The notes: generated by a model not told the origin, from the sequence alone. Shown: positions 1-14,978, counted from the stretch's first letter. The stretch: 64,000 nucleotides of DNA from Eledone cirrhosa (GCA_964016885.1 OZ024751.1:12028001-12092000), one strand, 5' to 3'. Numbers and translations are program-made.

Positions 1-329
1 GTTGATGTTGTTGGTGTTGTTGTTGCTGTGGGTGCAGTTGTTGTCTTTGATTTTGCTTCTCTAGTCGTCGTTGCTGTTGTTATTGTTGTTGTTCCTCTCT
101 CATTTTTGTTGTTGTTGTGGGGGCAGCAGTTGTGTTTGTCTTTTTTTGCTCTAGACAGTCGTATTTATTGCCTTTATTGTTGTAGATGTTGTTGTTATTG
201 TTGTTCTTTCTGCAATTGTTGCCTTTAATGCTGTCGCTCTAGTCACCATTGCTGTTGTTATTGTTGTAGCTATTCTTGCTCTCATCTTTGTCAAAATGTT
301 TTTGTTGATGTTATTGATGTTATTGTTGT

Positions 330-1050
330 TATTGTTGTAGCGGTTGTTGCTCTAATCTTTGTTATTGTTGTTGTGGGTTCAGTTGTTGTCGTTGTTTTTG
401 CTGCTATATCGTTGTTATTGTTGTCGTGGGGTCAGTTGTTGTCGTTGTTTTTGCTGCTATATCGTTGCTATTGTTGTTGTGGGGTCAGTTGTTGTCGTTG
501 TTGTTGCTGCTATATCGTCATTATTGTTGTTGTAGTTGTTGTTGCTCTAATCTTTGTTATTGTTGTTGTGGGGTCAGTTGTTGTCGTTGTTTTTGCTGCT
601 ATGTCGTCATTATTGTTGTTGTAGTTGTTGTTGCTCTAATCTTTGTTATTGTTATTGTGGGGTCAGTTGTTGTCGTTGTTTTTGCTGCTATGTCGTCATT
701 ATTGTTGTTGTAGTTGTTGTTGCTCTAATCTTTGTTATTGTTGTTGTGGGGTCAGTTGTTGTCGTTGTTTTTGCTGCTATATCGTCATTATTGTTGTTGT
801 AGTTGTTGTTGCTCTAATCTTTGTTATTGTTGTTGTGGGGTCAGTTGTTGTCGTTGTTTTTGCTGCTATGTCGTCATTATTGTTGTTGTAGTTGTTGTTG
901 CTCTAATCTTTGTTATTGTTGTTGTGGAATCAGTTGTCGTAGTTTTTGCTGCCATATCGTTGTTATTGTTGTTGCTCTTATCTTTGTTATTGTTGTTGTG
1001 GGGTCAGTTGTCGTTGTTTTTGTTGCTATGTCGTCATTATTGTTGTAGAT
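330..1050. repeat. GTT-rich minisatellite, ~89-bp unit
   Basis: Unit gctctaatctttgttattgttgttgtggggtcagttgttgtcgttgtttttgctgctat... recurs; artefact ORF starts at 554, 643, 732, 821 are spaced by exactly 89 bp. Confidence 0.9.
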
Positions 1051-1175
1051 GTTTTTGCCCTCATCTCTGACGATGTTTTTGCTGCTCTGTCGTTGTTATT
1101 GTTGTTATGGTGGTTATTGTTGTTTATGTCACACCATTAATAGTAGCGACATTCATAACAGAAAACAACAATAAG

Positions 1176-1360
1176 AATAATTGTTTCTACTTATGGCACA
1201 AGGCCAGAAATTATCCCAGTGTATTACTGGTACGTTATTTTATCGACCCCGGTAAGGATGAAAGGCAAAGCTAACCTCGGCGGGATTTGAACTCAGAACG
1301 TAAATGGCCATAACTGTATGCTGCAAAGCAGGGTGTCTGACGCTCTACCGATACTGCCAA
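1176..1360 (-). mobile_element. tRNA-derived SINE (octopod-type)
   Basis: Minus strand: A-box-like TGGCAGTATCGG, B-box GAGTTCAAATCCC, body GCCTTTCATCCTTAC..GGGGTCGATAAAATAA.GTACCAG, tail GTAGAAACAATTATT; many copies in window. Confidence 0.85.
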
Positions 1361-2089
1361 ATAATGGTTTCTGATTTAGGCACGTGACCAACAATTGTGT
1401 GTGGGGGGGGGGGGGGGGATTACCATCAGGATCTGATTGTTGCAGAAAACAGCCTTGCTATGAACATCAAGGATTCTAAGGAATGTGTTAGAAAGTTGAA
1501 GGAGAAGGGAATAATCCAAAGAACGTTCGGCCATTGGCTATGACTCACTCTTTTGGTATAGTGTCGATAGAACATCTACCAGAGCAATAGCATGATGATG
1601 AAGATAGCAACAAAAATAAAGATGATTACCCTCATGATTATGATGATGTTGGGGATGCTGATGGTGTTGTTAAAATGACAATAACAGTAATATAAATGGC
1701 AAAAATACTGAATTGTTTATTGGAAATTGTGGGATAGATTCTCATTTTTGTGTGTGTGTGTGGTAGGGGGGGGTTATATATACCACCACCATTAACAACA
1801 GCAACAGCACTAGCAGCAATATCAACAGCAGCAACAACAAAAACGTCAACATCAACAAACATATCATAAACAATAGCAGCAACATCAACATCATCAACAG
1901 CAATAATAGCACCATCGAAAGCAACCACAACAACAACTGCAACTACATCACATCAGCAACAACAATAACACCAGCAGTATGATCATCAACATCAACAACA
2001 ACATCACCAAATACATAACTTCAAAGACAAAATCATCAGCGACAAAAACAACACCATCATTAGCAACAACAACATATAAAATCTAGTTG

Positions 2090-2227
2090 CCCCCTACAAT
2101 GGCTGACTCTATACTATATATATATATATATGCTCTCTGCCATTTTTACAAGACCCCTACAATGGCTGACTCTGCACTATATATGCTCTCTGCCATTCTT
2201 TACAAGACCCCTACAACGGCTGACTCT

Positions 2228-2258
<31 letters not shown>

Positions 2259-2301
2259 GCTCTCTGCCATTCTTTACAAGACCCCTACAATGGCTGACTC
2301 T

Positions 2302-2344
<43 letters not shown>

Positions 2345-2458
2345 TCTCTGCCATTCTTTACAAGACCCCCTACAACGGCTGACTCTATTCTGTATATATA
2401 TATATATATATATATGCTCTCTGCCATTCTTTACAAGACCCCTACAATGGCTGACTCT

Positions 2459-2499
<41 letters not shown>

Positions 2500-2540
2500 T
2501 CTCTGCCATTCTTTACAAGACCCCTACAACGGCTGACTCT

Positions 2541-2583
<43 letters not shown>

Positions 2584-2694
2584 TCTTTGCCATTCTTTAC
2601 AAGACCCCTACAATGGCTGACTCTATTCTATATATATATATATATATATATGCTCTCTGCCATTCTTTACAAGACCCCTACAACGGCTGACTCT

Positions 2695-2725
<31 letters not shown>

Positions 2726-2982
2726 GCTCTCTGCCATTCTTTACAAGACCCCTACAATGGCTGACTCTATTCTGTATATATATATGCTCTCGGCCATTCT
2801 TTAAAAGACCCCCTACAATGGCTGACTTTATACTATATATATATATATGCTCTCTGCCATTCTTTACAAGACCCCTACAATGGCTGACTATATACTATAT
2901 ATATATATATTACAAGACCCCTACAATGGCTGACGCTATACTATATATATGCTCTGTGCCATTCTTTACAAGACCCTTACAA
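2090..2982. repeat. Minisatellite: ~50-bp constant unit separated by variable (TA)n
   Basis: About 13 copies of gctctctgccattctttacaagacccctacaa(t/c)ggctgactctattct followed by (TA)n of varying length. Confidence 0.9.
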
Positions 2983-3972
2983 TCAACACTTAACTTGAGA
3001 TTGTAATTTCGACTCTACTTGATTTTTTTTTTTTTTCCATGTTTATTATATTTTATTTACTCAAATTTACGTTGTATTTTTATTTGATTTTTAGTTTTAT
3101 TTATTTATCTCTTTTCTTATGTTGTTGCTGTTGTAGCTGTTGTCCCTGTTGCTGTTGTTATTGTTGATGGTGGTGATGTTGCTGTTGTTGTTGTTGGTGG
3201 TGTTGTTTGTGGTGGTGGTGGTGTTGTTGTTGTTGTTGGTGGTGGTACTGCTGATGTTGTTGCTTTTGCTGTCGTCTTTGTTGATGTTATTTTTGTTATT
3301 ATTGTTTTTGTTGTTGTTTTTGTTGTTGTTTTTTTGTTGTTGTAATTGTTGTTGTAGTTGCTGTTGTTTTTGTTTTAGTTTTTCTTTTGTTCTTTGATAT
3401 TTGAAAGTGATGTTAATGAAATTCAAAAACAAAATAGATAAATAAAATAAAATAAAATAAAATGATTTAATAATGAATATATTTGCATAAAAATAAGTTG
3501 AAATACAATGGGAGTTGTGAGAAATAAATATCAATCACAACAGGTATGAAACAACATTTCTAACCACGACACCACCGCCGAGACCTCCCACCACCACTGG
3601 CGTTATGACACCCCACGGCTGACACTCGTCTCGAGAAATTAATACATAAAATAAAAACCGACAATAGCGACATCAACGGCAATAACAAGTAAAACAAGTT
3701 TTAAAGAATAAATAATACGGAAAAGAGAATAATACAGAAGCGGCGAAAGAAGGATAAACAACAAGTAGAATGGATATATTTCACACACGCATGCACACAT
3801 ACATGCATACACTCTCTCACACACACATACACGTAGACTCATGCACACAGAAACACACATATGCCGACATACACACACAGAAACACATATACATCATTGT
3901 GTTTATCTTTGTTTATATATATATATATATATGTGTATGTGTGTGTGTGCGTGCGTGTTCATATAAATACAA

Positions 3973-4034
<62 letters not shown>

Positions 4035-4038
<4 letters not shown>

Positions 4039-4285
4039 AAAAGAAATCGAAAATGCAACTGAATTCTTTTTAAGAATATTTATTTATTTCCTTTACCCGT
4101 TTCACGATTCTTATGCTTTTCAAAACTAAAATTGAGATGGCGGGTTTGCAGTTCGTCTCGACAAAGCATAAATCCTCCATCTCATTTTTTCTTTTGAAAT
4201 GCATAAGGACTATGAAACCGGTAATGGAAGTGAATAAATATTCTTAAAGAGACTCCAGTTGCATTTTCCATCTCTTGTCCTTATA
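4035..4285. mobile_element. Head-to-head pair of short PLE pseudo-LTR-like elements (family B) with variant hammerhead motif
   Basis: Imperfect palindrome; arms homologous to 49981-50124 and 55845-55988; right arm TTGAAAT-gcata..tat-GAAA-ccgg-TA. Confidence 0.6.
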
Positions 4286-4399
4286 TTTTCATCCGTGTAG
4301 GGCATCTCGTGTGATTCATTTCCTTTTGTTTGTTTTTTTATTTAAAAAAAACCTCATTTTCTTACACACACACACACACGCACACACACACACACACAC

Positions 4400-4496
<97 letters not shown>

Positions 4497-5013
4497 GCTG
4501 TGTGTATATATGTATATACAGAATAAATGGACCATCACATTTTAAAATAATACAAATTATATATATTTACTTTATAGAATGGGATATATATATCAGATGA
4601 CATACCTGAATAATATAATATTTCACATATATTTAAATATCTTAATTAATAATAAATAAAATAATTATGTTATGTGAGATATTTTACCAATTTCCTCCCC
4701 TTCTCTCTTATTCCCATTTTTTGTGCCCTCACCTGATCTTGTTGCCCGAAGATCTGCATCGTAGAGTTTTCCAAAAATGACAATTATATATATATATTTA
4801 TATATAGTAATAATAATAAATTTGAAGAGTAAAATCCAAACACTTCCGCGTTCACAAATTGACTTTTTTAGTTTCAGAAGATCCCGTTAAGGGTGAAAGC
4901 ACCCACCGATTCTTTGCTTAAACTTTAATCTGTTATTTTAATAAATATATATATATATATATATTTCATTTTTGAATTTATTTTGCAACATTTCTGATTT
5001 TGAAACAGATCTT

Positions 5014-5195
5014 GTTATACGTTGGGTGGGTCATGTTGCCAATACACATCACAGACACCTGTTGATTTTCACTTAAGTTGGTTGTTTATATATTGTCAAA
5101 GTTATTTCGTCACACGTTCTGTGACCACCTCAGTGTCTAATTTTTATTTCGTGTCTCTCCTCCGTACTGCCCTGCACCCTCTTGTTTTTGTGTTA
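5014..5195 (-). mobile_element. Short HHR-containing element (family D)
   Basis: Homologous to 20208-20390 and reverse complement of 20650-20902; minus-strand degenerate HHR at 5095-5136 (CTGAGGT-ggtcac..gtgac-GAAA-taac-TT-tgac). Confidence 0.6.
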
Positions 5196-5445
5196 TATAT
5201 ATATATTGTTTAACTATAACTTAATCATGTTATGTGAGAGATATTAGAATATAAGGGACTATCTTCTTTTTAATACATTTTCCTGAATAACCCATATTCA
5301 CACCAATATATTAAAACTTTAAGAATTTATCATTAATTGCAGACCACTTCTAATGCTACACCGAGAGTATTATCATAACTCTTACCGAAAGCTATGTTCA
5401 AATTCGTTCCCAGCGTAATCAACATGGTAAATTAATATGAATATA

Positions 5446-5544
5446 CATCGTGTCTCCCAAAAATGAATACATACTTCAACAGCATTCTAATTAATCTTGT
5501 CTGTCCTGGAAATGAAATGTGTTTACATTTTTTGGGACACCTTG
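5446..5544. mobile_element. Tc1/mariner-type MITE
   Basis: Imperfect TIRs catcgtgtctcccaaaaat / atttttgggacaccttg with TA on both sides. Confidence 0.55.
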
Positions 5545-5817
5545 TATATTGACAGTTGCAACACGCGCCCACATATATTCCTCTCCGACAATCGCGGATG
5601 TTCCATTGAATACCCCTGATTATGGATGGGATATCCGAAATATAGGGACTAATAAATCGATTTCAAGGTAACTTCATCCCTGGTTTTCCATCCCTCTCTC
5701 TTATTTCCATTCTTCTTACCGCCACCTGACCTTGAGGCCTGAAAATTTATCCGAGGTTTCCAAAAACAACTATATTTAAAAGAATAGATGTGTAACACAC
5801 GAGTTATGATATATTGG

Positions 5818-5996
5818 TAAAAAGAAAAGAAAATGCTGACAAATTGTTCCCAGTGAAAAATAGTTTAATTAGGAATAAGTAAAAATTAGTCATAGTATTG
5901 GTTAGTATTCAGTTTTGGTTTTAAGTTTTACCGGTTGCGCATTTCTAATGCTTTTCAAAAATAATTTTGAGATAGAGCGCCCGTGATGTTTGCTCT
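5818..5996 (-). mobile_element. Short element (family C) with variant hammerhead-like motif
   Basis: Near-identical copy at 38750-38932; minus strand TTGAAAA-gcatt-agaa-atgc-GCAA-ccgg-TA at 5926-5960; bounded by TA-rich DNA. Confidence 0.55.
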
Positions 5997-8373
5997 ATAT
6001 CCATATATATATATATATATATTTCGTCAGGTCAAATGGCTGATGCAGAGTTTGGCGGCTCACCTTCAGGCAACCTTGCCGCCATGTTGTTCGCAAGACA
6101 CAGCTGTGATACATCACCTAGACAGGCATATGAATCGATATTTACGTGTTTTTTTTGTTTATTGCACAAATTATACAACGAATAATTAGTTATAAACAAA
6201 ATACAAAGCCTCATATCTATTTTCCAATTACAGCTTCACGTTTTCACATTGTACACACATGTAAGCGGCGAATTGATAGACATTAAAACGTTGGGTAGAA
6301 TACTTTGCGGTGTTACTTCAAATCTCGTCGCGGTCAACTTTGTCTTTCATCCATTCAAGATCAATCAAAAACGTACCAGTCTAGCACTGGGGGCGATTCT
6401 TCCTCTATATATGTGTCTCATTTCCATTCTCTCACTCTCTCTATCTTTCGCTGGAAAAATCTGCTGTATTCGAACCTGGAGAGCAGATGGGCTCCGTCAG
6501 GCTTACAAAATGCCAAAGTAACACCATATGTCAATGAAGTGCACCCGCGATACCTTCACGTGTTGTGGAATTAAAAATAAACCTTCGAAACTTTGGGCTA
6601 TTGATAGGAGCATCAACAAAAATATATAGAACGGCGTACCGTTTTTTCGCTACACAGAGAACAGATTAAAGTCAGTGTTCATATAGCTATTATACGATAT
6701 AATAGTGGTATCAAATACATATTAATAAAAAAAATTATATATGCTTCGCTCTTGCTTTCTTGCTGATTCATTAATTTGATATATATTTCATTACAAATAT
6801 TGTTCATGGCGTTAACTGCTAGACGGTGTAATTACAAAACCCTTGATATTAAAAATATGTCTGTAAGATTCCATTAAAATTTTGACGAAAAAATATTCGT
6901 TTTATATCTTTAAAATATATCGACCTCCATACCCACATAACTAATGCATATGCAATATTGCTGTTGCTGTTATTGTTTTTACGCTTAATGTTGGTGTTAT
7001 TACAGTCTCTTTCAAATGCTGTACTCTTGTTTCCACTGTTTTGAGGGGAGTTTTTCAGTTGTTGTTGAGTTGTTGCTTCTGTTGTTTAGCCATTGCTCCT
7101 CCTTGATTGACCGGCACTATGAAAAAAGAGGTTCCAGTTATGACATCCACATCAAATTTTCTCTATGACTAAATTAACCATTATCTATTTACTTTTGCAG
7201 ATATTTGAGCGGGAACAAAGGGAAATTTGGATGAGATTTCTACCATAGGGTGTGGTTATACAGAAGAAGGCGCAAGGCATTTGAACTGCTTTCAGTGAAA
7301 CATGACAGCTAGAAAATTGTCTGATAAAGAACATAGAAACACAAGTTTTCGATCATGAAATGATGTCTACTAATGTACAGGTAATAATAGTTGTTAATTT
7401 ACTTACGCCATCAAACAATTTTAGATTAGGCAACTTCAAATTGATCGGTATCAGTGGTCATATCTCGGAGAGACCACCCAGTGGATCGAACAGAATTTGA
7501 GATCACAACCACATATTTGTATAAAAAGAAAATGCAGCGTACTTAGGTTTCTGATTTATATGCAAATAATTTTTATTGGTTAAATATTATATAAAGTGTC
7601 TGCGAGAGGGGGGTCCAGCCGGCACTTTGTTCCGTGGTCCAAGAGCTATGATGCCCCCACGGCAACTATGCAACATCCATTTTGTGAAAAATCTCTCTTC
7701 CTTCGGGCTCTAAAGGAATCTTGTACCGCCTTGAAACATTTCTCTTGGAAGCCCTGATTATATACTATGTTTACTGGTTCAGTTATTTACTTAGATAGGT
7801 TTCTACATGCCTAGAGATATAGATGGGTTTAAGATTCCAGGAATTGGTCGATGGACTAAAATGTTTCGTAATGTCTACTGAACACAAACAAAAATACCTA
7901 AAGTGGGAGTCACTCTGTAGGGTAACATCCGCTTAGATATGATTGAGAAAAAGGATTATAACATTGTCTTTGATTTGAATCTGTTTGTTGTTTAAGAGAG
8001 CTCATAGTTCACATATATTTTACCCTTTCACTGGTTTCAAACATTAGACTACGGCTCTGCTTGAGCACCATCTTCACACACATACACACACGCACACACA
8101 CACACACCACACACAACACACACACGCACACCACACACCACACACAGACACACACGACGCACACACAAACACACGCACACTCACACACACGCATACTTAT
8201 ATGTAACATATAAGCTGTATATAATATATCGCCAAAAAAAACCCATAATACTTAAGCAAAGAATAACACTCTCTGTCTAAACACATGATTTCACATCACG
8301 CAGCTTGCAAATAAAATATAAAAGCGAATATATAAATATGTATGTGAATGTGGTGCGCCAGTTCAGTCACAGT

Positions 8374-8722
8374 CTGATGACGGGAACCAGTAAAAACTTT
8401 TAAAAGATATGCAAGGGTTATGGGCTGTCTTAAGCTACACACCAATTAAAGTCAATGAAACTTTTATAATCCCACAAAAAATATTTATAAGATGAAATTC
8501 AAACCATAATTTGTACAAGAAACGATTTATATCACCACAATTTAATGCATTCTGGAGACGGAAACCAGTGAAAATGTTTAAAAGATATGCAAGAGTTATG
8601 AGCTGTCTTATGCTCTGAACCAACTAAATTCAAAGAAAGTTTATAATCCCACAAAAAGTGTTTATAAGATGAATTTGAAACCATCATTTGTAAGAGAAAC
8701 GATTTATATCACGACAATTTAA
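8374..8722 (+). repeat. Two tandem ~177-bp repeats
   Basis: 8374-8550 and 8551-8722 align (…aaccagt.aaaa…aaaagatatgcaag.gttatg.gctgtctta…ataatcccacaaaaa…gaaacgatttatatcac). Confidence 0.8.
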
Positions 8723-9189
8723 CGTAAGTAGAAGTTTGGCTGTCATTTCTCTGTTAAAAAGAAGAACAAACATTAACAATTGCCCTATTGTGATGTTGGC
8801 TATCAACACAATTGACGTAAGTGGAGCCGATAAAACTGTAGTCTCTTGCTGAAATAATGAGAGAAGATATTTTTTGCTTGTTCGTTTTGGTTTTCTTTAT
8901 TAAAAAAAATCACGATCTGCTGTACGACAATGTGAACTGTCTTAACAGAGAGTGTAACAAAGAATCTACTCTTTGATGACGTCAATGGCGTACAGTCTCA
9001 ATATAAATATGTCAGTTAATTAGTGGCAATATATATTTTATATATATATATATATATATACATACATATTATGTATACACACACACATATATGTATATGC
9101 ATACATATTCATTTATATATATATATATATACATATTCATTTACATATATATATATGTATACATATTCATATATATATGTAAACATATT

Positions 9190-9224
<35 letters not shown>

Positions 9225-9366
9225 TATATATATCTATGTATATACACATATATATTTAAAATCCTTTGTGTCTCAGAATATACTTCACCCCCTTTCCTTT
9301 AGAAATTTTAGCTTCATTTCAAACAATCCTTTTTAGTATCTTTGTCACTGCTGTTGTAAATAGGGG

Positions 9367-9410
<44 letters not shown>

Positions 9411-9859
9411 AACTCGTCGACTGTTTAAATTAAATGAGTTGGCTTATGTGTTGCTATTGCTGATGTCGTCATCGTTTTGGTCGTTTAAGCACATATCAAC
9501 ACAGATCCTGTTGATATATAACGAAAGTAGGGCTAGTACTGGATTTCCATCTTGTGTCTTACCTTACCTTCGTGGCTAGTTACTTTAACGTAATCTTATG
9601 TGTTCTGATGTAGTTCGGGCTGCTATTTCTAGCAGATCTTGTGATGATGCAAATAATCCCTTGCAAGTTCGTATTATTTTGTAGATTTCCAAGGACGGGA
9701 TTTTGCCAGTATCCGTAGATCGGGTGGCAATCTTTTTTCCGTATAAACTTATAACTCTTTACTTTCTGAGTTCATATATCGCTTTTACCTTTCTGTGGTT
9801 GATAAAATATAATTCCAGTTAAATACTGGGTCGAGGTAATCAACTTTCCCTTACTCTCA

Positions 9860-10075
9860 AATTGCTTGCCTTGTGCCAGGATTACTATGTAGAATGTCGC
9901 AGGAAAGAATCGCTGGATTAATTTTACGAGCCAAACCAACCGGCGGGAGACTCAGGGGTAGACCCCGAGCAAGATACTTGGACAACATATATAGAGCTTG
10001 GCTGGTGTCATTTGGGAAATCAAGCCTGATCAATTGGGGCCTGTGGATTCTGAAAGGACAAGCTGGAAGAAGACT
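9860..10075 (+). pseudogene. Degenerate 3' fragment of an RTE-clade LINE
   Basis: Translation RMSQERIAGLILRAKPTGGRLRGRPRARYLDNI matches the RTE C-terminal R.RGRP..RW.D.I motif. Confidence 0.6.
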
Positions 10076-11359
10076 TACGTTCATTTTCCGCAAACATCGT
10101 TTCTACTATCAACGTTGCTTTAGAGTGAAATAATTAGCAACGTAAGATTATATTATACGGTGTCCCGTCAGGAAAACGATAGTATGTGTTATGACATCTG
10201 TGACATACATGTACATGCTTGTAGTTGCAGATACCTACGATAACATAATCAATCCCATACCAGTTTCATTGATCATAGGTGTTTCTAGGAACACATGCGT
10301 ATGGTTACATGTCGAATAGTGTTTATTGCTAATTCTTCTCAACACATTTAGCTAGGAGGAGAAGATCATTGGGGTTAAACATACATTCGTTTCAAATTTT
10401 GCCATTCCAAAAGTTAAAATTCTTAACTACATTTAACCCAGAGACTACTTAGCAATATATACTTTTGTCTGGCTCTCGTATTCTGGACAGGACACAGCCT
10501 GGGTGAAAACGTTAACATGTAACAATCTTGTACAGACGTGGCGAATGATCTAGAATGCATTAATGCAATTGAATCCTCTCCGCATTGATAACAGCCACAA
10601 AGTATTTTAAGAAAAAATAGCTCGAACCTCACAACTTCCTAAATATAATGTTTCATTTCAAGATAAGATACGATTATTTATCATGCAGAAGTGTCAACTC
10701 TTCTAATGGCCATCTACCTGATATTGATTTCCTGTTGGAATCAGTTTACCTAAATAATTAATTATTTGGCGACAAAAACATGTCACACACTCTACCCTCA
10801 AGATCATACAGTATAATCTGTCTATGTCATACATAATTATTTTAGTTATAGCTTCAAGGATTGTCTGTCGACTTGTATGAAGACAAAACACCGGACACAT
10901 TAACTCTTAATGTCCTATACCACATGAAACGACATTCGCAAAACAGTCTTGAAAAGTACAAAATATTATTGGGACTGCATCATTAATGCCTTTAATATTT
11001 ACTGCTAAATTATTATAGTTCTAACATTGTTAATAAAGGTATGACTTCAAATCTATATGAGTTCTGAGATATATTTTAAGTGGCTGAGTATCTAATACAT
11101 GCTAAACATAGCGTAAAACGATGTGTAACTTGGTTGGCCCGGTTATATAAAAGTGTAGTTCATATGAGCAGCTTTGCACAACGGTTGTGTATAGTAATTC
11201 TCTCAATAAGGTTGAGGTCAACTCAAGGGTAATCAGAGAACGATTACCTAAGAGAGTGCACGATTCGTCAGATTTATGAGCTAAATCATTCCATCAATGA
11301 CCAGAGCATACTTTTAAAATCATTTTCGTCCAACATCATATAAAGTGCCTAACGCTGTG

Positions 11360-11522
11360 TGTTGGCAGTATCGGTACAGCCTTGGACAACATGCTTTGCG
11401 GCATAAAGTTACCACTCCTTACGTTATGAGTTCAAATCCTACCTAGGTTAGCTTTGAATTTCATCCTTCCGAGGTCGATAAAATAAAGTACCAATAATGC
11501 ACTTGTGTGGAATTAATCGACT
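11360..11522 (+). mobile_element. Degenerate tRNA-derived SINE
   Basis: ttggcagtatcggtacag…gagttcaaatcc…tttcatccttccgaggtcgataaaataaagtacc. Confidence 0.75.
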
Positions 11523-14231
11523 TTCGCCTTGGCTTTTCCAGACTATGTAGCTGTTATTTCTTGCACGACGAGCGATCACAAAGATACTTCGTTCTTGCTT
11601 CATAGTCTCGTGTGATTGGGGTTAACTTGTATCACACTTACACCCTTCTTTGTCGTTGTATATCCGAGTATATTTTAAATGCTGCTTGGAATTTCTCTTT
11701 ATTTAATACGTGACAGTGTGATTTTCAAGACAATGTAGCTGCTATCTCTAGTAAGACGAGAGATCACAAAGATAGTTCTTTCTTGCTTCATAGTCTTATG
11801 TGGTTAGGGTTAACTTGTATCTTACTTACTCGGTTCTACAACGATGAAGACGGGTGTATTTTCAACATAGGAATATTATGTGTCTCTTACTCATTGTTGT
11901 CTGGAATTTCACAGTGATTTAAGTTAGTTCAGGAGTGGTCAACGACATATAATAGTAATAGTATTGTGTGTTATTCTACATGTACTAATAATGCTTAACA
12001 AACAGCTAGATTGTATTAACAAACAGGTATTTTATCAACATAAATCTTTTTTACATTTCAACGCTGAATCGTTTCTTAGTGTTATGATACCTCATTATAC
12101 GTAGATAAAAACAAACTTTCTTTACTTTCAATGAAGGAAACAAACGAATACATTGTAAACTAATCGCTATTTTAATGATTGTATGAGATATATTCTTTGC
12201 CGTATAGTCAATAGCTTAGAAACTGTTGACCTCGATATTTATGTTTTATTTTCTCATCTACAGGTAACCATTTAAAGTATAATAACGTGTGTTTTGACTT
12301 TGAAGATGTGAGAGTCGACGACGAGAAATAAGAACTTGTATCTCTCTGTCCCCTCTTTCCGTCTCTAAAGGTAAATTCCCCAATTTTCTTAACTATTATT
12401 TATAGTGACCTACCGTTATTACAGCTATTTAATGCTTTTGGGACTCTAACGTTTTCAAATTTCAAAATGTTCCCACTCTTCTGTATATTTATATATAAAA
12501 TTTGTTTCACTACGTACGCGAATATTTCTAGAGGGTGTTTCATTTTAGAATACAATAAACTGACAGAATCGTTAATGTAAGGGAAACAAATGTCCCATTG
12601 AATTTTAGTAACGTCTCTCTAGATTCTGAGCTCACCTTTACCTTTTAGTCTTCAGTGTCATTATCACTCTCACATGATCAAAACTCTTTTAGCCACCTGT
12701 GATGTATATTTAAAAAAAATTCAAATTCTGTTGTCACATCAATGATGACCAAGACTGCGAAACCCGACTTTAAATAAAATATGTTTTATGTGACATAAAT
12801 AAAGTATTTTGTATATGACATGAGACAGATATATGGCTGAAGGTTCAAGCAGTCTGATTCGGGATAATAACATCCTATTTTCGATCCCACCACAAAGAAT
12901 CTAGGCCAAGTTTTATTTTAACTTTTTTATTTTCATAGTCTTGGCTCAGTTCATGTATTGTTGGTAGAATTGTTTAAGCCTTTTATATGAAATGTATCAA
13001 ACTCTCATCATGAATCAATCTGAAAATTATGCTAAGATTACACGAATCCTTGATATATTAAGAAAAATACAAACAAATTGAGTAGATTATTCTGTTGATT
13101 CAGCCATTGAAGCACTCATCGTAGACAGTAATGAAGATCCACATGTAAATAGTGTATATATATATGTCCCAAACGTTAAAATTGTCTTCCTGCCATTTCA
13201 AGCGTTAAACCAATATATTTCTTCCATTTGTTTTGTTATTTTTGTTATTATTTCTACATACGTATATATGTATATGGTGTGTGTGTGTGACTCTCTCTCT
13301 CTTTGATGTGTATATATATGTACACATATATATGTGTTGCTGTTGTTGTATGTGATGTGTGTGTACACATATATACACAACGCATTAAATCAGTGACTCC
13401 TTTGTACACAAATGGCTTTATAAAAAGATCACAAAGAAACTTATATAGGTAAACAATAGATCAGACGTTCTAAATAAAAACCTGTTAATTGTTGACAACG
13501 AGATTTCTTTCCTTTGGGTTCCAACTTTGCAACATATCACGCTGTATCCATTATTTGATAAGACCCTTAACCACTCTAAAAGGCATTTAATCCAAATCTA
13601 ATTATTACAGTACAGAATAAAGACAAGAGTCTAGCAATCCTTTCATTTGATTTTTCTTTTCGTTTTTGTTTTAGTTTTTCTTTATCTGTCTTAGAATTTC
13701 TTTTTTATTCCCTCTTCATTTTATTCTTGATTCAGCTTCATCTTTATAGGCCTCGTTCCAGTGGTTGTCATTTTAAGTCCTTATATTCTAAGGATTTCCC
13801 TTTTGCCTGTCTTTTTTTATCAGTAACTAACTGCCATATCTTATAATTCTTCCTCTTTAGACGTTCTGTTAAACAATGATAGCTTGCATAGCCCTCAGAA
13901 GCATTCTTTTCAACACTTTTTTTGTGTGTTCTGCTTTGTTTCGTCAGCGAGACCTTTTACTTTAGATATTCAGACAAAAGGTTTAAGACGAGTAATCCCT
14001 GAAAACCCATCCATCAACCAACACCACCACCTTTTTTTCTAAAACAAACATAATCATGACTTCTAACGATCCTTCAGCTTGAACTTTTTGTCAAGATAAC
14101 ACGCCATTGAATCATACTAAATCGTTAAAAAGCTCAAGTGTGAAAAACAAAATAAAATGCATAGAAATATATATATATATAATTATATATATATATACAC
14201 AAACACATACATGTACATATTCTTAAACACA

Positions 14232-14272
<41 letters not shown>

Positions 14273-14925
14273 TAAAAAGGGGGGAATACAGCAGTTTAGT
14301 ATTTTATCGCTATTTTAAAAGCATGAACACTTATGCGACAAGTAGCAGAGTTAAATAGTTCAGCTTAAAAAGTCAAACCCGATAACAACACTTTTCAGGT
14401 GTCTTCAAATTGATGCGCAAATTACATGGGACGCCATTTTGAACGGCTTTCTAGTCAAGCTTTCAGCAGGCTGAACTATGATTATTCAATTGTCAAACTG
14501 AAAGGAAAACGAATGAGAAGTATATGAGCGCGTGTTATGTAAGAGACACATACACAGATATAAACATACACCATTTAGTTTAACGCTGATTCAGCAATAC
14601 AAATCCACGTGACGCAAGCACACACTCACAACGAACCATACACATTAACACATACTTATAGAAATTAATACGTGTATGCATTAACATGTATGTACGTGAT
14701 TATATGTATGTACGGGTGAATGTTATTGAACATGTATTGTGTCATTTAACTACGCCTTTTTCAAGGCTTTCTAATTTCCGATTTTGTCTTTCAATTTCAA
14801 ACTTCATTCTGTGATAACACTGTCCTATATTTCCTTCAATTAATTACGTTTTCATATTTTCCCTTGATACACAAAAGTTAGTCGAATGAACCTAATGGAA
14901 TAACTATATACAGAATATTTATATG

Positions 14926-14978
<53 letters not shown>

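Noticed and set aside
2090-2982. CRISPR-like repeat-spacer appearance
   Set aside because: Spacers are only (TA)n, context is eukaryotic and no cas genes are present
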